Below the pieces are notes generated by a model. It was not told where the DNA came from and made no database searches. It saw only the letters and a list, made by a program, of their open reading frames with translations. The position numbers and the translations under genes were made by a program. This document shows positions 48,035 to 62,500 of a stretch of 64,000 bases of DNA, one piece after another; within the stretch, counting starts at the first letter, position 1, and each line of letters opens with the position of its first letter. Origin of the DNA: Antedon mediterranea (Eukaryota > Animalia > Echinodermata); the NCBI RefSeq assembly GCF_964355755.1, contig NC_092670.1:30554388-30618387 (forward strand), written 5' to 3'.

Positions 48035-48835
48035 GGATTAGGCCAAGTTGAGCCGCCGACAAGTTGAGGCGCCGCCAGAAAAACGTTATTTTCTATGAAA
48101 CGCCAAATGCTTACTTTCGCCGGTGCTCGTTTCTATTTAATAGAAGTTCTATTTATATTAATTATTAGATATAACGATGTATATTCCAAAGTTTATATAT
48201 CACGGTTTTTAGTATATATTATTAAATATTATAATTAAAGAGAAATAATTATGAATATCTGACTTGTATTGTAGATTCCAAAATATAAGGCCTAAAACCT
48301 GACCGAAAATGATCGTTTTTAGCCAAAAAATGACGTAAACATGTTGCCCTCTCAGGCGGCAGTTGAAGTAAAATAATTGCATAAAATCACCGTTTTTTAG
48401 TAAAATATTTTGTGTATTAACATTGTAAAATTCAATAAAATATGATATTAAAAGATAGTAAATAAAAAATAATTATTATTTAACCTCATTCGAAGAATAT
48501 CAATACTCTATTAGTCCTGAGAGACAACGTGATTTTACGTGGTAGGCATACACGCGAGAAAAATATTATGGAGTGCACTGCATTTTTACCTTGAAAGATT
48601 AAAAACAATTAAATTATTAAATATGACTACTTTCCTTTGCTGTTTCAAACCAACAAAATTGTAGTATGTAATTATTATTTATTTTCATGACACAATAAAC
48701 CTAAAGACCATGAACTTATGTAGGGCCTACTAGGACACCACTCTATCACTACGCGAAATGTCGTAAAAGACGCACTGGCCGTTTCATAGAAATTACCGGC
48801 GGCTCAACTTGTCGGCGGCCCAACCGGTCATATCC
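48035..48835. mobile_element. Nested 801-bp MULE-type MITE
   Basis: TIRs containing GCCGCCGACAAGTTGAG / CTCAACTTGTCGGCGGC; 9-bp TSD CCCCATGCA (48026-48034, 48836-48844). Confidence 0.8.
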
Positions 48836-50559
48836 CCCCATGCACATGTTACGCTGCTTGGTAGGCCTATAATGTTCGTTATAAGAAGACGAGATGTAAT
48901 TATACGTCCATGGTTTAACCATGTATTGTATAATATTTATTTCTTTTTAATTTATTTTTAATATGTCAAATGCAGTTTTAATGATGCACTCTTGGCGTTC
49001 CATATCTTTTCGTTTGTTCGTGTCGACACAATCAGTTTCAAATGGCGATATTTCTGTATTTTTTCAATCAATTGCTTGCTTGCGAGTATTATATAATAAG
49101 GTATAGTTTAAAGATCTTTGGCTATGTTCGGCTTTGGGATGTTATTCCACACTTAGGCCTAGGCTAGGCTAGGCTAGGCTATAGGGGTCGTCGGTTTCGT
49201 GTTATGGGTCGTTCAATTCGAGGTCGTTCAATTCGAGGTCGCCCGGGTCGTTGGGGTCGTCCAATTCGAGGTCGTCGCTTTCTACACACCCATGTAGATG
49301 ATGCCTTTTAATGGAATATTTCTATGTGTTTTGTAGTTCAGCCCCAATTATTCTAAATTATTATAGGAATACAACAGCAAAATTCTATTCAACTGTTGCT
49401 TCCTGATATTCCATACAATTCGTCTACTGGGTAAGAATAGATATGGTGTTTTGTTTCAAATAATTGTACCTCTAGTCACTAGCATACGAGAACAATAAAA
49501 CCAGAATTACTAAATTTAAAACAATTACAAAAAGGTGAGTATCATCATCATTTATGATAGTTTTAATTTTTTTGCAGCACCAGTTTATTATAAATATTTA
49601 CTATATTTACTACTTTTTTTAATACCAATGCATTTTTTAGCTTCTGTTGTTACTTTTTTTTAAATTTTATTTTATCAACCAATAGCTAAAATACTCTGTA
49701 CGAGAGTATGATAAAATAACTTTACATTTTTGTTATCCATTTTCATTGCAACAAGACACGTCTAGGGTAATAGTAATATGAGCAGTTTGCTGTTAATTCG
49801 CCTTTATCTACAGATACCTTTGGAACAATCGAGTGGAGATAAGTGCAGCCTGTTGCTGAACCCATCTGGTTCCGTTGCTTTGTTATCTTAGAAAATAATC
49901 ACCTAATATTACATTCATCTATCATAATTCTTTCTACATCTTAATCGTTAATCTCAATTTAATTTATTTGTGAAATAATAAATGAAATAATGAAAGCCGT
50001 TTTTATTACAATATGTTTTTTAATTCATTAAAGACCCCTTTAAAAAAAACAATTTTTATGGCAAGATCATGTCACCTCAAAAGGTGATGTAGGCCTACAC
50101 TGTTAGAATTATAGTCGTATCATTAAATTACCATTGTTCAAACACGTCCCAGTTGGTTGATTCAGTAAAATGGTGAATTATTGTCAAAACAGCCGCGCAA
50201 TTCAGCTATCGCTTCTTCATTCCATTCGGAATTTCCTAATTACGGAAATAGCTTAATATCCTCCTTCAACGTTTTCATAGCAAAGATCAAGATGGCGTCG
50301 TTTCTTGTGGGTTTATCATATTGCATATACGAGGGTAGAGTAAAATGCATTATGCACTTTGAAATATTCTATTTTAAGATGTTAGCATTGGGATAGTTTG
50401 TCTCGAGACAGTTACTTCTTTTATAATTTTGTCGTTCGCAATTGTGGCGTTTTGGATGTATATTTAACATTAATGTTGCTAAAATCCCTGAAAAGATAAC
50501 AGGGCCGCAAACCTACGACGATAAGTAATTCGGTATCTGGAGTAAAAAGTCTTTTTTTA

Positions 50560-50965
50560 ACTGTCCAGTTACGTATACGTTACCACACCATTGGCTATTA
50601 ATGCATACTCTATACCGCCTTTCGATTTCCCTAATTGTATATACCTTATAAAGATTAAACTCATAATTAGATTCAGGAAAGAAAAAAAAATAAATGCACA
50701 AAACCAACTGAAAGAAAAATGTAAAAATACAATATTGTTGAAACATTGCTTGTCCTTTTCAATGTAATGACATCTACACTTATTCCTCCAGTAGGTACTT
50801 TTAGTTTTAACTTTTTCTACATTTGTGTTGTTTATGGTGATCGGATCAATCCTATGTTGCCCTCTGCGAAAGTAAAACATAATTTATTTTGTCTTTTTAA
50901 TATTAATATTACGATAGCTATTTTTGCACAAGTCATTTCATTGCACCAGCTAATTCAATTATACT
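50560..50965 (-). pseudogene. Degenerate non-LTR RT C-terminal fragment
   Basis: NIKKT..FYFRRG..PITINNTNVEKVKT..YL pattern, broken by frameshifts. Confidence 0.5.
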
Positions 50966-51372
50966 ATACTTAACTAAAACATAATAAATAGTAAATATGT
51001 TTAATGTAAGGTATATCATGTTAATGAATACTCTATTTACAGTTATACATTAGTAGTACCAGACTGGTATTTAAATATTTAACATTTTGGTACGTGAAGC
51101 TTGTTTTATATAGCTTTTGCAACACATGTCAAATATTTCATTTACTTTATTAACAATTACTGGTTGCGTCCCAGTAGGAAGACTAGTGTCACTTCCTAGG
51201 TTAGTAATACAGTACTATAAATATATAACATACATATAATCTTTAACATATCAAACTCTTGTTCATAAAAAAATATCACAAGTATGTGTATTTTGCAATT
51301 ATTTAAGTCGTTTCCATTGAAAATCATTAGGAAATTGTATTTTTGTCATAAATCAACTTTCTTTACGACGCT

Positions 51373-51472
51373 TTGTAAACAAACCTCTAACCCGAATCAC
51401 GTCATGTTTGCTACCTATCTGTTGTAAACAAACCTCTAACCCGAATCACGTCATGTTTGCTACCTATCTGTT
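51373..51472. repeat. Tandem duplication, 2 x ~50 bp
   Basis: TGTAAACAAACCTCTAACCCGAATCACGTCATGTTTGCTACCTATCTGT twice. Confidence 0.85.
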
Positions 51473-51909
51473 CGAAAGTATATCAGCTACCATAATATTT
51501 TGTTCTTTCTTTTTTTTAATCTAGCCAATGGAAATTGGTTTTTATTAAGGTGTTAAGTTGATGAAATTTCTAACAAGAATTTGTGAATCCTTAACTGTGA
51601 TTGGCTATAGAAATAATTTACGCTCTCTGAAACAGCTTGATTTCCATTTCCCCGTAACTTTAACGATCGACAATAAAAAATGTCCGGAAATCATGATATT
51701 CTATCCCTCAGTTTACTAAACGATTTAATATTTACTACTACGGTTATGTACAATAGAGGTAGGCATATTTATGGTGTTTATAGAGCGCCCCCGGCTCTAT
51801 GAGATTCAAACATATTAGTTAACTAAGTAGTAAGTAAGTACTAAGTAGCTCAGCTAAACGTTCACCTTTACAACAATGTGGTTTCGCAAGTGGTTAACTA
51901 CCCCCTAGG

Positions 51910-52830
51910 TGATGGAAAAAGAGAAAAGGTTAAAAGAGTAGTTCTTAGGAACGAATATGAATGTGGTGGTGTTAAAGTGCCTGACTTTAAAAATATCTTG
52001 GCTTAACAATGATGATTCAAAGTGGAAATGTCTGCCAAACTCGTATTTCAATAGAATAGCCCCAAAAGATATTATTGAAAACATATAATTATATTGATAA
52101 GAAAAATACTATTTTTAAAGCCATACCCGATTTCTATAAATCTATACTATGTATTTTAGTCAAACTTAATTGTGGTATGACTAAACGTCAATTATGTTAT
52201 GATGATATATTACATCAACAACTTTGGTATAACAAAATTTTATACAATGACATATCATTATTTTTTAGAAACTGGATAAGGTCAGGTGTGCGAAATATTA
52301 ATGATATTGTAATTGAGAATAGGTTCATTAACGCAAATGAATTACTTGATATGCTTAGGTACAACTCAAACTGGATTGAAGAATGGCAAATTGTATTAAA
52401 CGCAATTCCAAAAGATTGGAAAGAGAAGTGGGAAATTAACATATTTTAACATAGAGAACGATTGGTCTCTAACATGGAAATAAACTTAAACAGTTGAATA
52501 TCAAACTACTGCATTGTATAACACCTACCAAAAGAAGGCTCTTAAAATGGAAAATAAGTAACACAGATACTTGCTTACAATGCAACGTATTAGAGGATGA
52601 TGCCCATTTCTTTATGAATGCACTGAAGTAAAACCCTTATGGGATTATATTAACGTTTACACCATACATAAATTTGGGATCGAGACAAAATATTAAAACA
52701 TTGTGCTAGGTACAGGAAACAATTATGTCGACCACATGTTTTCTATTGGATGTATCTGCGTTTACAAAGCACATACGGTACTTTAAAAAAAGGAAAACCA
52801 AATGGACCGGATCACTGTCTCGTCTTTTTA
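51910..52830 (+). pseudogene. Degenerate L1/Tx1-type LINE ORF2 3' fragment
   Basis: GKREKVKR...CGGVKVPDF, IPDFYKSIL, QQLWYNK, FFRNWIRSGVRNINDI, C..C..LEDDAHF.YEC remnant. Confidence 0.65.
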
Positions 52831-55267
52831 TGGCGAAAAAAAAATAGATCTTACCTTAACCGCCTGTTATAATTTACATTTATGTGAATCTGATTATTTA
52901 AAATATGTATGCATGAGTTATGTACTACAGGTATAAAAATACAGATATTTACATCATATTGTTGTATAATACCCATAGGCAGTTTCATTTGTTCTTATAT
53001 GAAGTATGAATAAAAAAAAAATTGTATAAATTAATATTGAAAACAAAAAATAAACGTAACGCAACATAAGTAACGCACGAGAAGATAAGCAAACAAATAT
53101 AACGATGAGACATAAAACTAAACACAAGAGTAAGAAAAGCATTTTTAATATTTTTGTTTATTTTTTATATTCGTATTTTAAAATAATGTATATAGTCTGT
53201 ATATAGGGTATAAATGAATTACGAAAAATATATAGAAAAAATACATACCGAAAACAATTATTTAACATTAGTAAATGTATCTTTTACAGTAGGCCTACAT
53301 TATTAGTTAAGTGTTTATAATTTTAGATGTTGAGAATTATAGAACAAAACAATATTAGAAAATTATGAAAAAAGGTGGATAACAGAAAAGAAATATTATT
53401 GTTCTGATTCTAAGAACAGTAACATTGATAAAATCACATAATGTAAAATATATTATATATATATATATATAAATCCAAAGGCAAATTACTGAAAAAATGA
53501 CAATGCTGTGGGTATCAGTGGCTGGATCTCAATGGAGATACAACACAAAAAAAAGCGAAAAGCTAAATCAAAACGATAAATAAACAGCCAGAAAAGTTAC
53601 ACTAGCCCTTCATCAGTGTTCAAAAGTATTATATATAAACCAAACAAAAGTGAGAATAACAATGTTATTATTATTATTAGAAAAAATTGTATTAATCTGT
53701 TGAAGATGAAATGAATACATAGTACCGGTAGGACAAATATCTCATAGGACAACTAACCTTAACCCTCCCCAATCCATTTTATCAGCGCCCCTGTTTACCA
53801 TGCTTGCAAAAGAATATTAACAACCGGTAGAGGTAAATTAATTACTACTTTTGTCATATTTTATTACCTTTGCATTTTCTTTATCCTATTTTGAGGAGTG
53901 AACATGAGTAGAAAACAGTGAAAAGGTTACAATTGTAGGCATATGATGCAGATATGGAGATGGTGTGGCAGGTCCACGGGAAATATGGCGTATGTTGAAG
54001 GAGATTAGAGACTGTACAACAATCATCCCGCAGAGCGATTTGACAAATCGTCATTCTTTTTTCCTGATAATAAATAAAAGAAAAGTAAATTGTACACAGA
54101 ACGTGGCGGTTACCTGAAGCAAGATCATTTTATGCTTGATCGCTTTCACAGCTGTTTCAACTAGTGTTAAGATATTGGAAAAAGTCAAGCGCCCTCAGTG
54201 TTTGCAGACGAAGCTCCCCGAGTCGTGCGAACATATAATTTTTGTTTACAAACCATTATTTTTCGCTATCGTGACTTTTTATGTAGTAAACACATTTTAT
54301 ACAAAACCAAACGATTAAAAAAAAAGTGTATGTTCAATTTTATTGTTTCTTTACTATAAATTAATAAATAAACGACGATATTGTCCATTTTACTGAAATA
54401 ATCTCCCGCACATAAACCATGGAAGTCGAGATGAACTGTGTAATGAAATAGTATACAATCGTAAGAAGAAAATATCATTGTATTCTTTACTTATTTTTTG
54501 GATATAATTCATTTTTTTTTTTAAAGAACGAATTAGAATATAGTCAATCTTTATTATATAAACAAAATAATACAATTATACATTGTTATTGTTATCGGCG
54601 AGAAAACGGCTTAGAATGTGCGTTGACGCCCGCGATGACCGTGACAGTAAAGTTGGCCTAGAATGAAGCTAGGCCGAAACATAGAAAATTCGTAATAGTA
54701 AAACCTTTAATTATCCTACGCCAGTAAGGCAAAAGGCACACCACAATAAAGACCGGACACGTAAGACTCAAGTAGAATAAGATCTTTATTCGTCAAAACC
54801 AAATATCACAACAATAACATAACAACCAGCGGCCATGATATATGTGTCAACCCAGATAGGGGGCGCTAGACTGGCGTAATCATTTTTTTTCTCTTCTCGT
54901 AAAACACAAAAGTCAAAAACAAAACAAAGCAAGCAGAAGAACTCAAAATCTAAATTGAATGGTCGAAATTGACTAGGAAATCTGCGTGAAAGTGTGGATG
55001 TGCGATGAGACAACTGTGCTGGAACTTCCATTGGTGATTCTTCCGGGGTCTGAATGGATGATGACTTGTCGTTCACCTCATTAAGAGAGGCTGAAAGAGT
55101 TGACGGTACCTCGGGTGGAGGAAATGGAGTCGACGGATCAGCTGTGAAATCAGGTTCTTCATCAGAGGTGTCGCAGTGGCATTGTGAGGTTGGTGTGGGA
55201 TGGGACATGTAATGTATGTGAACCACCGGTGAACAACGGTAAATAGCCACAACGGTACAACTCGCAA

Positions 55268-56375
55268 TTAATGTAAAAATAAATTTAATAATCTTTGACA
55301 AACAATTCTTTCTTTTATAATCCAACCCCCCCCCCCCCCTAAAAAAAAACCCACAAAAAAAACCCCAACCAATTCTCAAACAATGATCGACCTTTACAGT
55401 ATCCCTATTCCCAATACACTTTATGCACTTTCCCAAATTTCCCAATCCTTCCAGACAAAATATCAACAATCTTCTTATTGTCAAATAAATCCCAGAAACC
55501 CCCTTTCAAATACAATAACATCCCAATTAAACATATAATAAAGGTCCACAATTTCGTTACTTCTTGTCTTCTTCTGTCTCGATGCTGACACAAAACAAAT
55601 TAGAAAGATAAAAGTTAAAACGATTCTGCAACTAAACAACTACCACGCCTCTGCTCCCGTTTCGCTGGTATAACCAATTATAATTCTTCCCAAACTGCAA
55701 CTCCTTCCTGACATATAAATAAATTAAATATAAAGTTAAAATGTTTCTTGATGTCGTTCTGCACTGCAATCCGCTCCCCGATCAATTATTTATTTCTCCT
55801 TTTCCACGTCAAATAATATCAGTATCAATAAAGTTAGTCTTCAATACTTTCAGCAATTAATTCTGCTATTTCCAACAGTTACTTCTTCGATTTATTAACT
55901 TCATGTATATCACTTTATTTCTTTTCTGCTTCAGCTCTATATCACCATAATTATTTCCAACTCACAATTTATTAACTTCATGTATATCACCTTATTTCCT
56001 TTCTGCTTCAGCTCTATATCACCATAATTCTTTCCAACCCACAATTTATTAACTTCATGTATATCACATTACTTCCTTTCTGCTTCAACATAACATAGCC
56101 CTCCTTCTCTGTCTCCTCTCAATTTTCATCTCCCTCAAAATTCCCTCAATTGTACACATACCACCACCTTATCCTCCTCCACCAATCAGCAACTCACACA
56201 CTAACTTAACTCTGACACCTCTCCTCCAATCAGCAAACTCCACACAATCCTTCTCTGCAATACAAATACTCTGCTTCACTAGCTTCACACAATAGCTTCC
56301 TAAAACAAAAGAAAGGTTCAAATAGTGAAAACAAAAGGAAAAGAATGAGAATGACTTGCAAAATAAATACAAAAC
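55268..56375 (-). mobile_element. Degenerate insertion in the Gypsy integrase tail, probably a LINE 3' fragment, with 3 x ~76-bp tandem units at ~55890-56090
   Basis: Interrupts Gypsy coding continuity; repeated ATTTATTAACTTCATGTATATCAC units; weak GVA...REQR..C..ES remnant. Confidence 0.4.
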
Positions 56376-57387
56376 TTATGTCACTTCTGACATTTGAGAA
56401 TGATGAACGTCAGTCGGTACAGTAAAACACTCTGATTTCTTTACACGATAAGTAGCGCTTCTCAGTTGTGAGTGCGTAAACTTTCGGACGTTGCACCACT
56501 TTCCATCTACAGAAACAACGAGATAGCGATCTCTTGCACAGGTCTTGTGACCATCTGTCCACAGGTAGACTAAATCACCAACCGTAATAGAAACGTCAGG
56601 TGCTGCACACGCGACGGGTGCCTTAGACTTTTCGGTGTGCGCGTAATTAGAGGCTCTGAGGTGCTGTTGGCTGATAATCAACTTGCGGTCAGAAATAGGG
56701 ATTTGGTCATGAGTGAACTGATCTCGCTGTGTCCACATTTCGCGAGACGACAATCCTCTAGTTCGGATACGGGAGTTAAGACGAGATGTGGCGACAGCAA
56801 GCACTGTCGGTGAGATGGGACCGCCACCAGGCTCTTGCCGAAGTAACTCTTCTGACAATTCGCGTACAGCTTTCTCTCCAACCGGGTTTTTGTTGATGTT
56901 CTTAACTCTGCCAATTTCGATCGAAATCTTATGTTTCAGTAAGACGGGATCGTGGACGAGTGCCATGAAGCCCCGGGGCAGGGTCTGTGCGGATGGTTGC
57001 TGAGGGGCCCTCCATGGGGCACATGCCAATGCATAAGCGAATTAAGGTATCACGGAGAGTATCGTGCTTCTCATCGCTGATTAAACACGAAAAGGTGTAA
57101 GACGTCACCGTCTCTCTGACAACAAGAATAAGTTGACGCTCGCGTTTTAGTACATCTGCGGCAAAGGTGACTCCGAGCTTCGACGGAGGATCATCAGTGG
57201 ACTGTTCAATTGCGGTGGTGGGTACAGTACGGATCGAGGCACAGTGATGACACGATTCTGACACCTGTTCGATGGTTTTGTCCAAGTCAAGCGCAAAGAA
57301 GTGGCGGCGAACGGATAACTTAAGTTGGTGAATAGTTGTAGTTGGGTGATCTAGCCGGACGTGAAGTGATGTCAGCAGTCCGTTTAA

Positions 57388-57935
57388 CACTTTGACTGCC
57401 AGAGGTTTTTCCAGTTAGAAACTGCCACCGCCAGCGTTTTTAGCCTAATTCGATGTTTTTATTAAAGCTGATTGAAACTATGTATGTGATCTGATTTTAG
57501 CTTTACAATGGTACCAAGAACGATTTTCAAATCACAATATGTAAATCGTAATAGTAAAATAAAAGTAACCCACTTTTTGAGTTTTTCATAGTTTCGCGCA
57601 AGAAAGTCGAGATATTCGCGATTTTGTGCAAGACATCACAATATGAAAATATCGCCCGGTGAGATCAACAAACAACGAAAAAGTTACTTACACGGCACCG
57701 ATAGGCCTATAAAAGTTATCACTATCGAAACATGTATTACATTTTATAAATCATAAATCTTACATCAATGTTTCCACAAAATCAACAAAGTAAAGACACC
57801 AGTCCTAATTAACCAGGCCTAAAGTTGATCCGGAACCGTTTTACGACTAGGCCTAGGCTAGCCTAGTACTACTACTAGGCCTAGTAGTACTAGGTAGCCT
57901 AGTAAACTGATGATAATATCCTATGACTCTATTGC
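57388..57935. mobile_element. piggyBac-like end fragment interrupting Gypsy pol
   Basis: TTAA|CACTTTGACTGCC at the point where integrase similarity stops; other end missing. Confidence 0.45.
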
Positions 57936-59015
57936 GCCGTTGACAAATTAGCAAACCTGACAGTGTGTCAACTGAACATGGTGGAACGTTGCGACTAGCA
58001 AAGTCGGATGGGACGTTGGCTGAGCCTGCCAGGTGCCGAATAGAAATCTGGTACCTGCTAGCGGTGGACAGGAAGGTGGACACACGGGGACTGACTGAGA
58101 ATTCTCCCCTGCTTAGCTTTTCGAGCGCTTGGACGCATGGCTTACTGTCAGGACACATGTGTTATGTCGAGACTGGATAATAAAAGGACTAAAATGTTTA
58201 ACGGCTGCCGCGATAGCCAAAGCTTCGATCTCGCAGGGTAGCCATGTGACCTGACGTGCACGGAGTTTGGCACTAAAAAAACCGGCTAACTGTGGTTTGG
58301 ATTTACGAGTAACGTATAAGGTTGCGCCTAGACCATGACTTTTAACCGCACCATCCGTAACGATCCACAGTTGGTCAACGGGATGAGGTAAAACTATGAC
58401 CTTGTTTGAGTCAAGTGCGTTCTGTGCTACTTTAAATGCTTCATGTAAGGCATCCTACCAATGTATTGTTTCTTTTGGACTGTAAGCCGGCTATGGCTTC
58501 TTCCAGTGGAGCGATGAGAGATGCGCACTGAGGTAATACGCCTGCTAACACCTATATGCCCCGATAAAGAAGCGTAAACCTCTTACCGTCGGTGGTGGAG
58601 TGCATGCCTTTAACGTTGAAATGCGATGAGTATTTGCGCGAATAGACCCTAGGGACCAGGTCCACCCAAGAATGGTTGTAGTTTGTGGACAAATCACCGT
58701 TTTGCTAGCAGACAATCGCAGACCACACTTGTAAATGCATTGGATTAGACGCCGCCAATTGTAAATTAACTCCTCTAAACTGTCCACTCCACAATAAAGG
58801 TTATCCGCAAGCTTTGCTACTACTCCCTCCTTAATCAAATCCCCCAGTACCCGACAAGTCAGCTCTTCGAGGGCGGTCTCTGGATCAGGCATGCCCATGG
58901 CACACCGGGCATAAACTATGACACCTCGAAATGGTGTGGCAACGCCGCAGTACTTCATAGAAGCGCGAGACAAAGGAATCTGGTATAAGGCCTTTGTGAG
59001 GCCAGTAGTGATTAA

Positions 59016-59199
59016 GAGCCATTGTCTGTAAGAATCAAAGAAATATCAAAAAGAGTGGCAGACTAAAAAAATGGATTTCTTTCAAATTTTGCACATGGCT
59101 ATATATGTGTTGAGAGAAATCAAATATGAAGTATTTTTTATTTCACACGTATATTTCCATGGCAACGGCCAAATTTGTGTTTTTGACAATGGATATTGG
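59016..59199. mobile_element. Sola3-like element end interrupting the Gypsy RT; itself the target of the L2
   Basis: TTAA|GAG terminus exactly where RT similarity stops; partner end not in the window. Confidence 0.45.
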
Positions 59200-59543
59200 T
59201 AATAATAATAATAATAATAAGATTTTTATAGCGCACATACCACTCCAGAGTGCTCAAGGCGCATTTAAAAATAAAAAAGAAATAAATCATACAAATTCCT
59301 GGCAAATAAAATGCAATTTCTTTGGAGGGTCCCCATCCGTTGTCATTCTGTCGCGGTCCCGGACCCCTACCTAGGTGACCAAAAAAAGGAGCAGGATACA
59401 CATTTGCCTTGCCACAGACGACCGGGTGCTCAGAGACAACAACCAAGACAGAGGCACCCCAAAGAGAATGCTGGCCAGGAAAAGGTATACAAAACAATTC
59501 TAAGTCTAAACAACTTTAAGAAACCTCATGATTTCCATATGCC

Positions 59544-62500
59544 TTAATGAATAAATGTGTTTTTTAATAATTTTTTAAAAGTATCAACAGTTTTGCAAAA
59601 TCTTATAGAGCTCGGTAGAGCATTCCACAGACGAGGAGCAGTAACGGAGAATGCTCTGTCACCCCATGAGTGGTGAGACTTAGGCTGATGTAGAAGCAGC
59701 GAGTCACTAGAGCGCAGATTACGTCCGGGAACATACAGCCTAAGCATGTCAGAAATATATTCAGGAGCCATGCCATTTATAGACTTAAAAACAAAGAGTA
59801 ATATTTTAAAAACAATGCGGTACCTAACAGGGAGCCAATGCAATATTTCCAAAGTATTTGATATGTGTCCATATCTTGGTAATTTTTTAACAACTCGTGC
59901 CGCTGTATTTTGAATCAGTTGGAGCCTGTGGAGTTGTTTTTGTGGTAGCCCGTATAGCAAAGAGTTTCCCATATCTAGTCGTGAAGTGACAAAAGCATGA
60001 ACAAGTTGTTTAGCTGCTGTCTCATTTATAAACTTACGAATCCTTCAAATGTTTCGCAAGTGAAAAGACGACGCAGAAATAGTTTTTGAGATATGAGAAA
60101 TCATAGTCATACCCACATCCATTTCAACCCCAAGATTTCTAACCTGCCTAGCCGGGTCAATTTGGGTTTCACCAATGTGAATAAAGCTTGGTGGCAGTTT
60201 TTCCAACTGCTGTTTTGATCCAAAGAGAACAAATTCTGTTTTTTCATCATTTAATTTAAGAAAGTTGTTTTTCATCCAGACACGCAATTCATAGATACAA
60301 TGTTGGAGCAATTCCAAAGAAATGTCACTGTGTTTCATAGTAGGTTTAAAAGAAATATAAATCTGAGTATCATCAGCATAAACATGATAGCACAGATCAT
60401 ATTTACTTATGATATCCCGTATCGGGTGTAAATAAATAGTAAACCATTGCGGCCCAAGAACAGATCCTTGTGGTACCGAAAAGTTTAGAAAAGAAGCTTT
60501 TGAAATAACATCACCAATACATACGTGTTGAGGTCGTTTTTCCAAATATGACCGACACCAATCAAGTGCATTTCCTTCAATACCAATATAAGTACTGAGT
60601 CTATTTAGCAACACAGAATGATCAACCGTATCAAATGCTGCACTTAAATCTAATAATACTAGAGCAGTTAGCTTTCCATCATCCATCCCACGTAGGATGT
60701 CATTATTTACACGAAGTAATGCCGTTTCAGTACTGTGATGCGCTTTGTAGGCAGATTGATACGGATCAAGTAGGCCATGTTTTTGTACATGCGACAAAAT
60801 CCGTTTAGAAACAACCTTCTCAATTATTTTTCCTAAAAAACTAAGATTCGAGATAGGTCTGTAGTTTTTCAGAATCTCGGGATCTAGACCTGTTTTTTTC
60901 AATGTGGGTCGAACATGGGTGACTTTTAGAGACTCTGGGAAAGAACCACTTTCAAGAGACTTATTAACAATATGTGTGATTAATGGAATAAATGCAGAAG
61001 TACATTTCTTAATCAGTGAAGTTGGTACCGGGTCAAGTGCACATGATTTAGAGGGAGAATTTTTGACAATTTTTAAAATTTCCTCATCACTTGCAGGTTC
61101 GAACTGAGAAAACCGTATAGACCTAGTTAAACCATAAGATATATTACATTTATCAGAAGCAGTTATAACTTCGCCAGTATTTTCATTTTCTAGTGAATCA
61201 CGAATTGATTTAATTTTATTTACAAAAAACACAGAAAATCTTTCAGCAAGAGCTTCATCGGAGACAGACGAAGGAAGGACCGATGACTTGGAGTGATGTA
61301 AAAGTTTATTTACTATATTGAAAAGTTTCTTTTGATCACCTGTGCAGTCACTAACCAGACTAGAGTAATACCGCGTCTTGGCCTTTTCAATCAGTCCATT
61401 TACAACGCATCTTTGAACACAGTATTCCTGTCTATCCTTAGGAAGCTTTGATTTCATCCATTTACGTTCAAGTTGACGACGTACTTTCCTTTCAGATCGA
61501 ATTTCATCGGTATACCACGGTTTAGCTTCCTTTTGCCTAATTGTTTTGTTCTGAACTGGCGCATGTAAATCAAGTACAGCTCTGAGATCAGAATAGCTTT
61601 CTACACTGTCTTCAAGAATTACACTTACATCAGTTATATTAGACACACAGGCTTTAATGTCATTTGTGAATTTATCAATATCAATTTGTTTTAGGTTGCG
61701 ACTTTTTCTTAAAGTTTTGTGTGTTGTGGGCCGTTTAAGATCAAACTTGCAAAATATGGCAAAATGATCTGACAGGCCAGGGTGTATCTTTACATCCGAG
61801 AGAAGTAGATCATCTCTAGTGATGATAAGGTCGAGGCAGTGCCCACTACAGTGTGTGGGTTCATTTATATGCTGCTGGAGACCAAACGATCTAAGCAGTG
61901 TTTTAAATCTATCCGCTGCCACATTTTTTTTATTATCCATATGGATATTAAAGTCTCCGCAGAAAACAATTTCAGACGAAAAGAGAATAAAGTCAAACAA
62001 CATTTTTTCAAAATCATTTAGGAACTCTGTAACAGACAAGGTTGGTGGTCGATATATGTTAACTAAACGAAGAGATTTCGAGTTAGACGTAATATGCACA
62101 TGTATAGCCTCAAATGATGCATATGTATGTACATCCGTTTTCAAGTTAACAACTAAGCTTGACTTAGACAGAATTCCAACACCACCCCCAGTTTTGTCCA
62201 CCCTAGGGACATGCACAAAGCGATATCCTAGTGGAGTTAAATCTCCAATCACAAGATCATCATCTGGTCTTAACCAGGTTTCAGACACCGCCACTACATC
62301 TAGATTATAGCTAACAACTAAGTCCACAAATTCATCACACTTGTTACGCAGTGAACGTGCATTTAGAACGCCAAAATTAAGATGTTCTTTTTCTATAGAC
62401 CTATGCTTTTCTGTGGATTTAGTACTCGTCTCACCATTTCCAGATACTTGCTCCACTCCTTTTCTTGAGGCTTTGCGTTGCGTGGATCGAGCATTAAGTA

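Larger units (their letters stand above)
44830..49291. mobile_element. MULE/Foldback-type non-autonomous element with ~350-bp or longer TIRs (4,462 bp including nested inserts)
   Basis: GGGTGCGTAGAAAGCGACGACC / GGTCGTCGCTTTCTACACACCC; perfect 10-bp TSD ATGTAGATGA (44820-44829, 49292-49301); subterminal GACGACC repeats. Confidence 0.9.
54691..59011 (-). mobile_element. Fragmented Ty3/Gypsy LTR retrotransposon (RT, RNase H, integrase, PPT, 3' LTR ~54691-54882)
   Basis: [28 protein letters not shown] (58545-59011); RNase [24 protein letters not shown]; integrase H..H..CHHC, FAADVL, NPVGEKAVRELSEE; purine tract GAGAAGAGAAAAAAAA followed by TG at 54882. Confidence 0.85.

Noticed and set aside
53600-53620. 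Functional hammerhead ribozyme
   Set aside because: The CTGATGA core lacks the downstream GAAA and stem II
54786-55484. 232-aa ORF as a gene
   Set aside because: Chimera of an inserted sequence, the Gypsy integrase tail and the LTR
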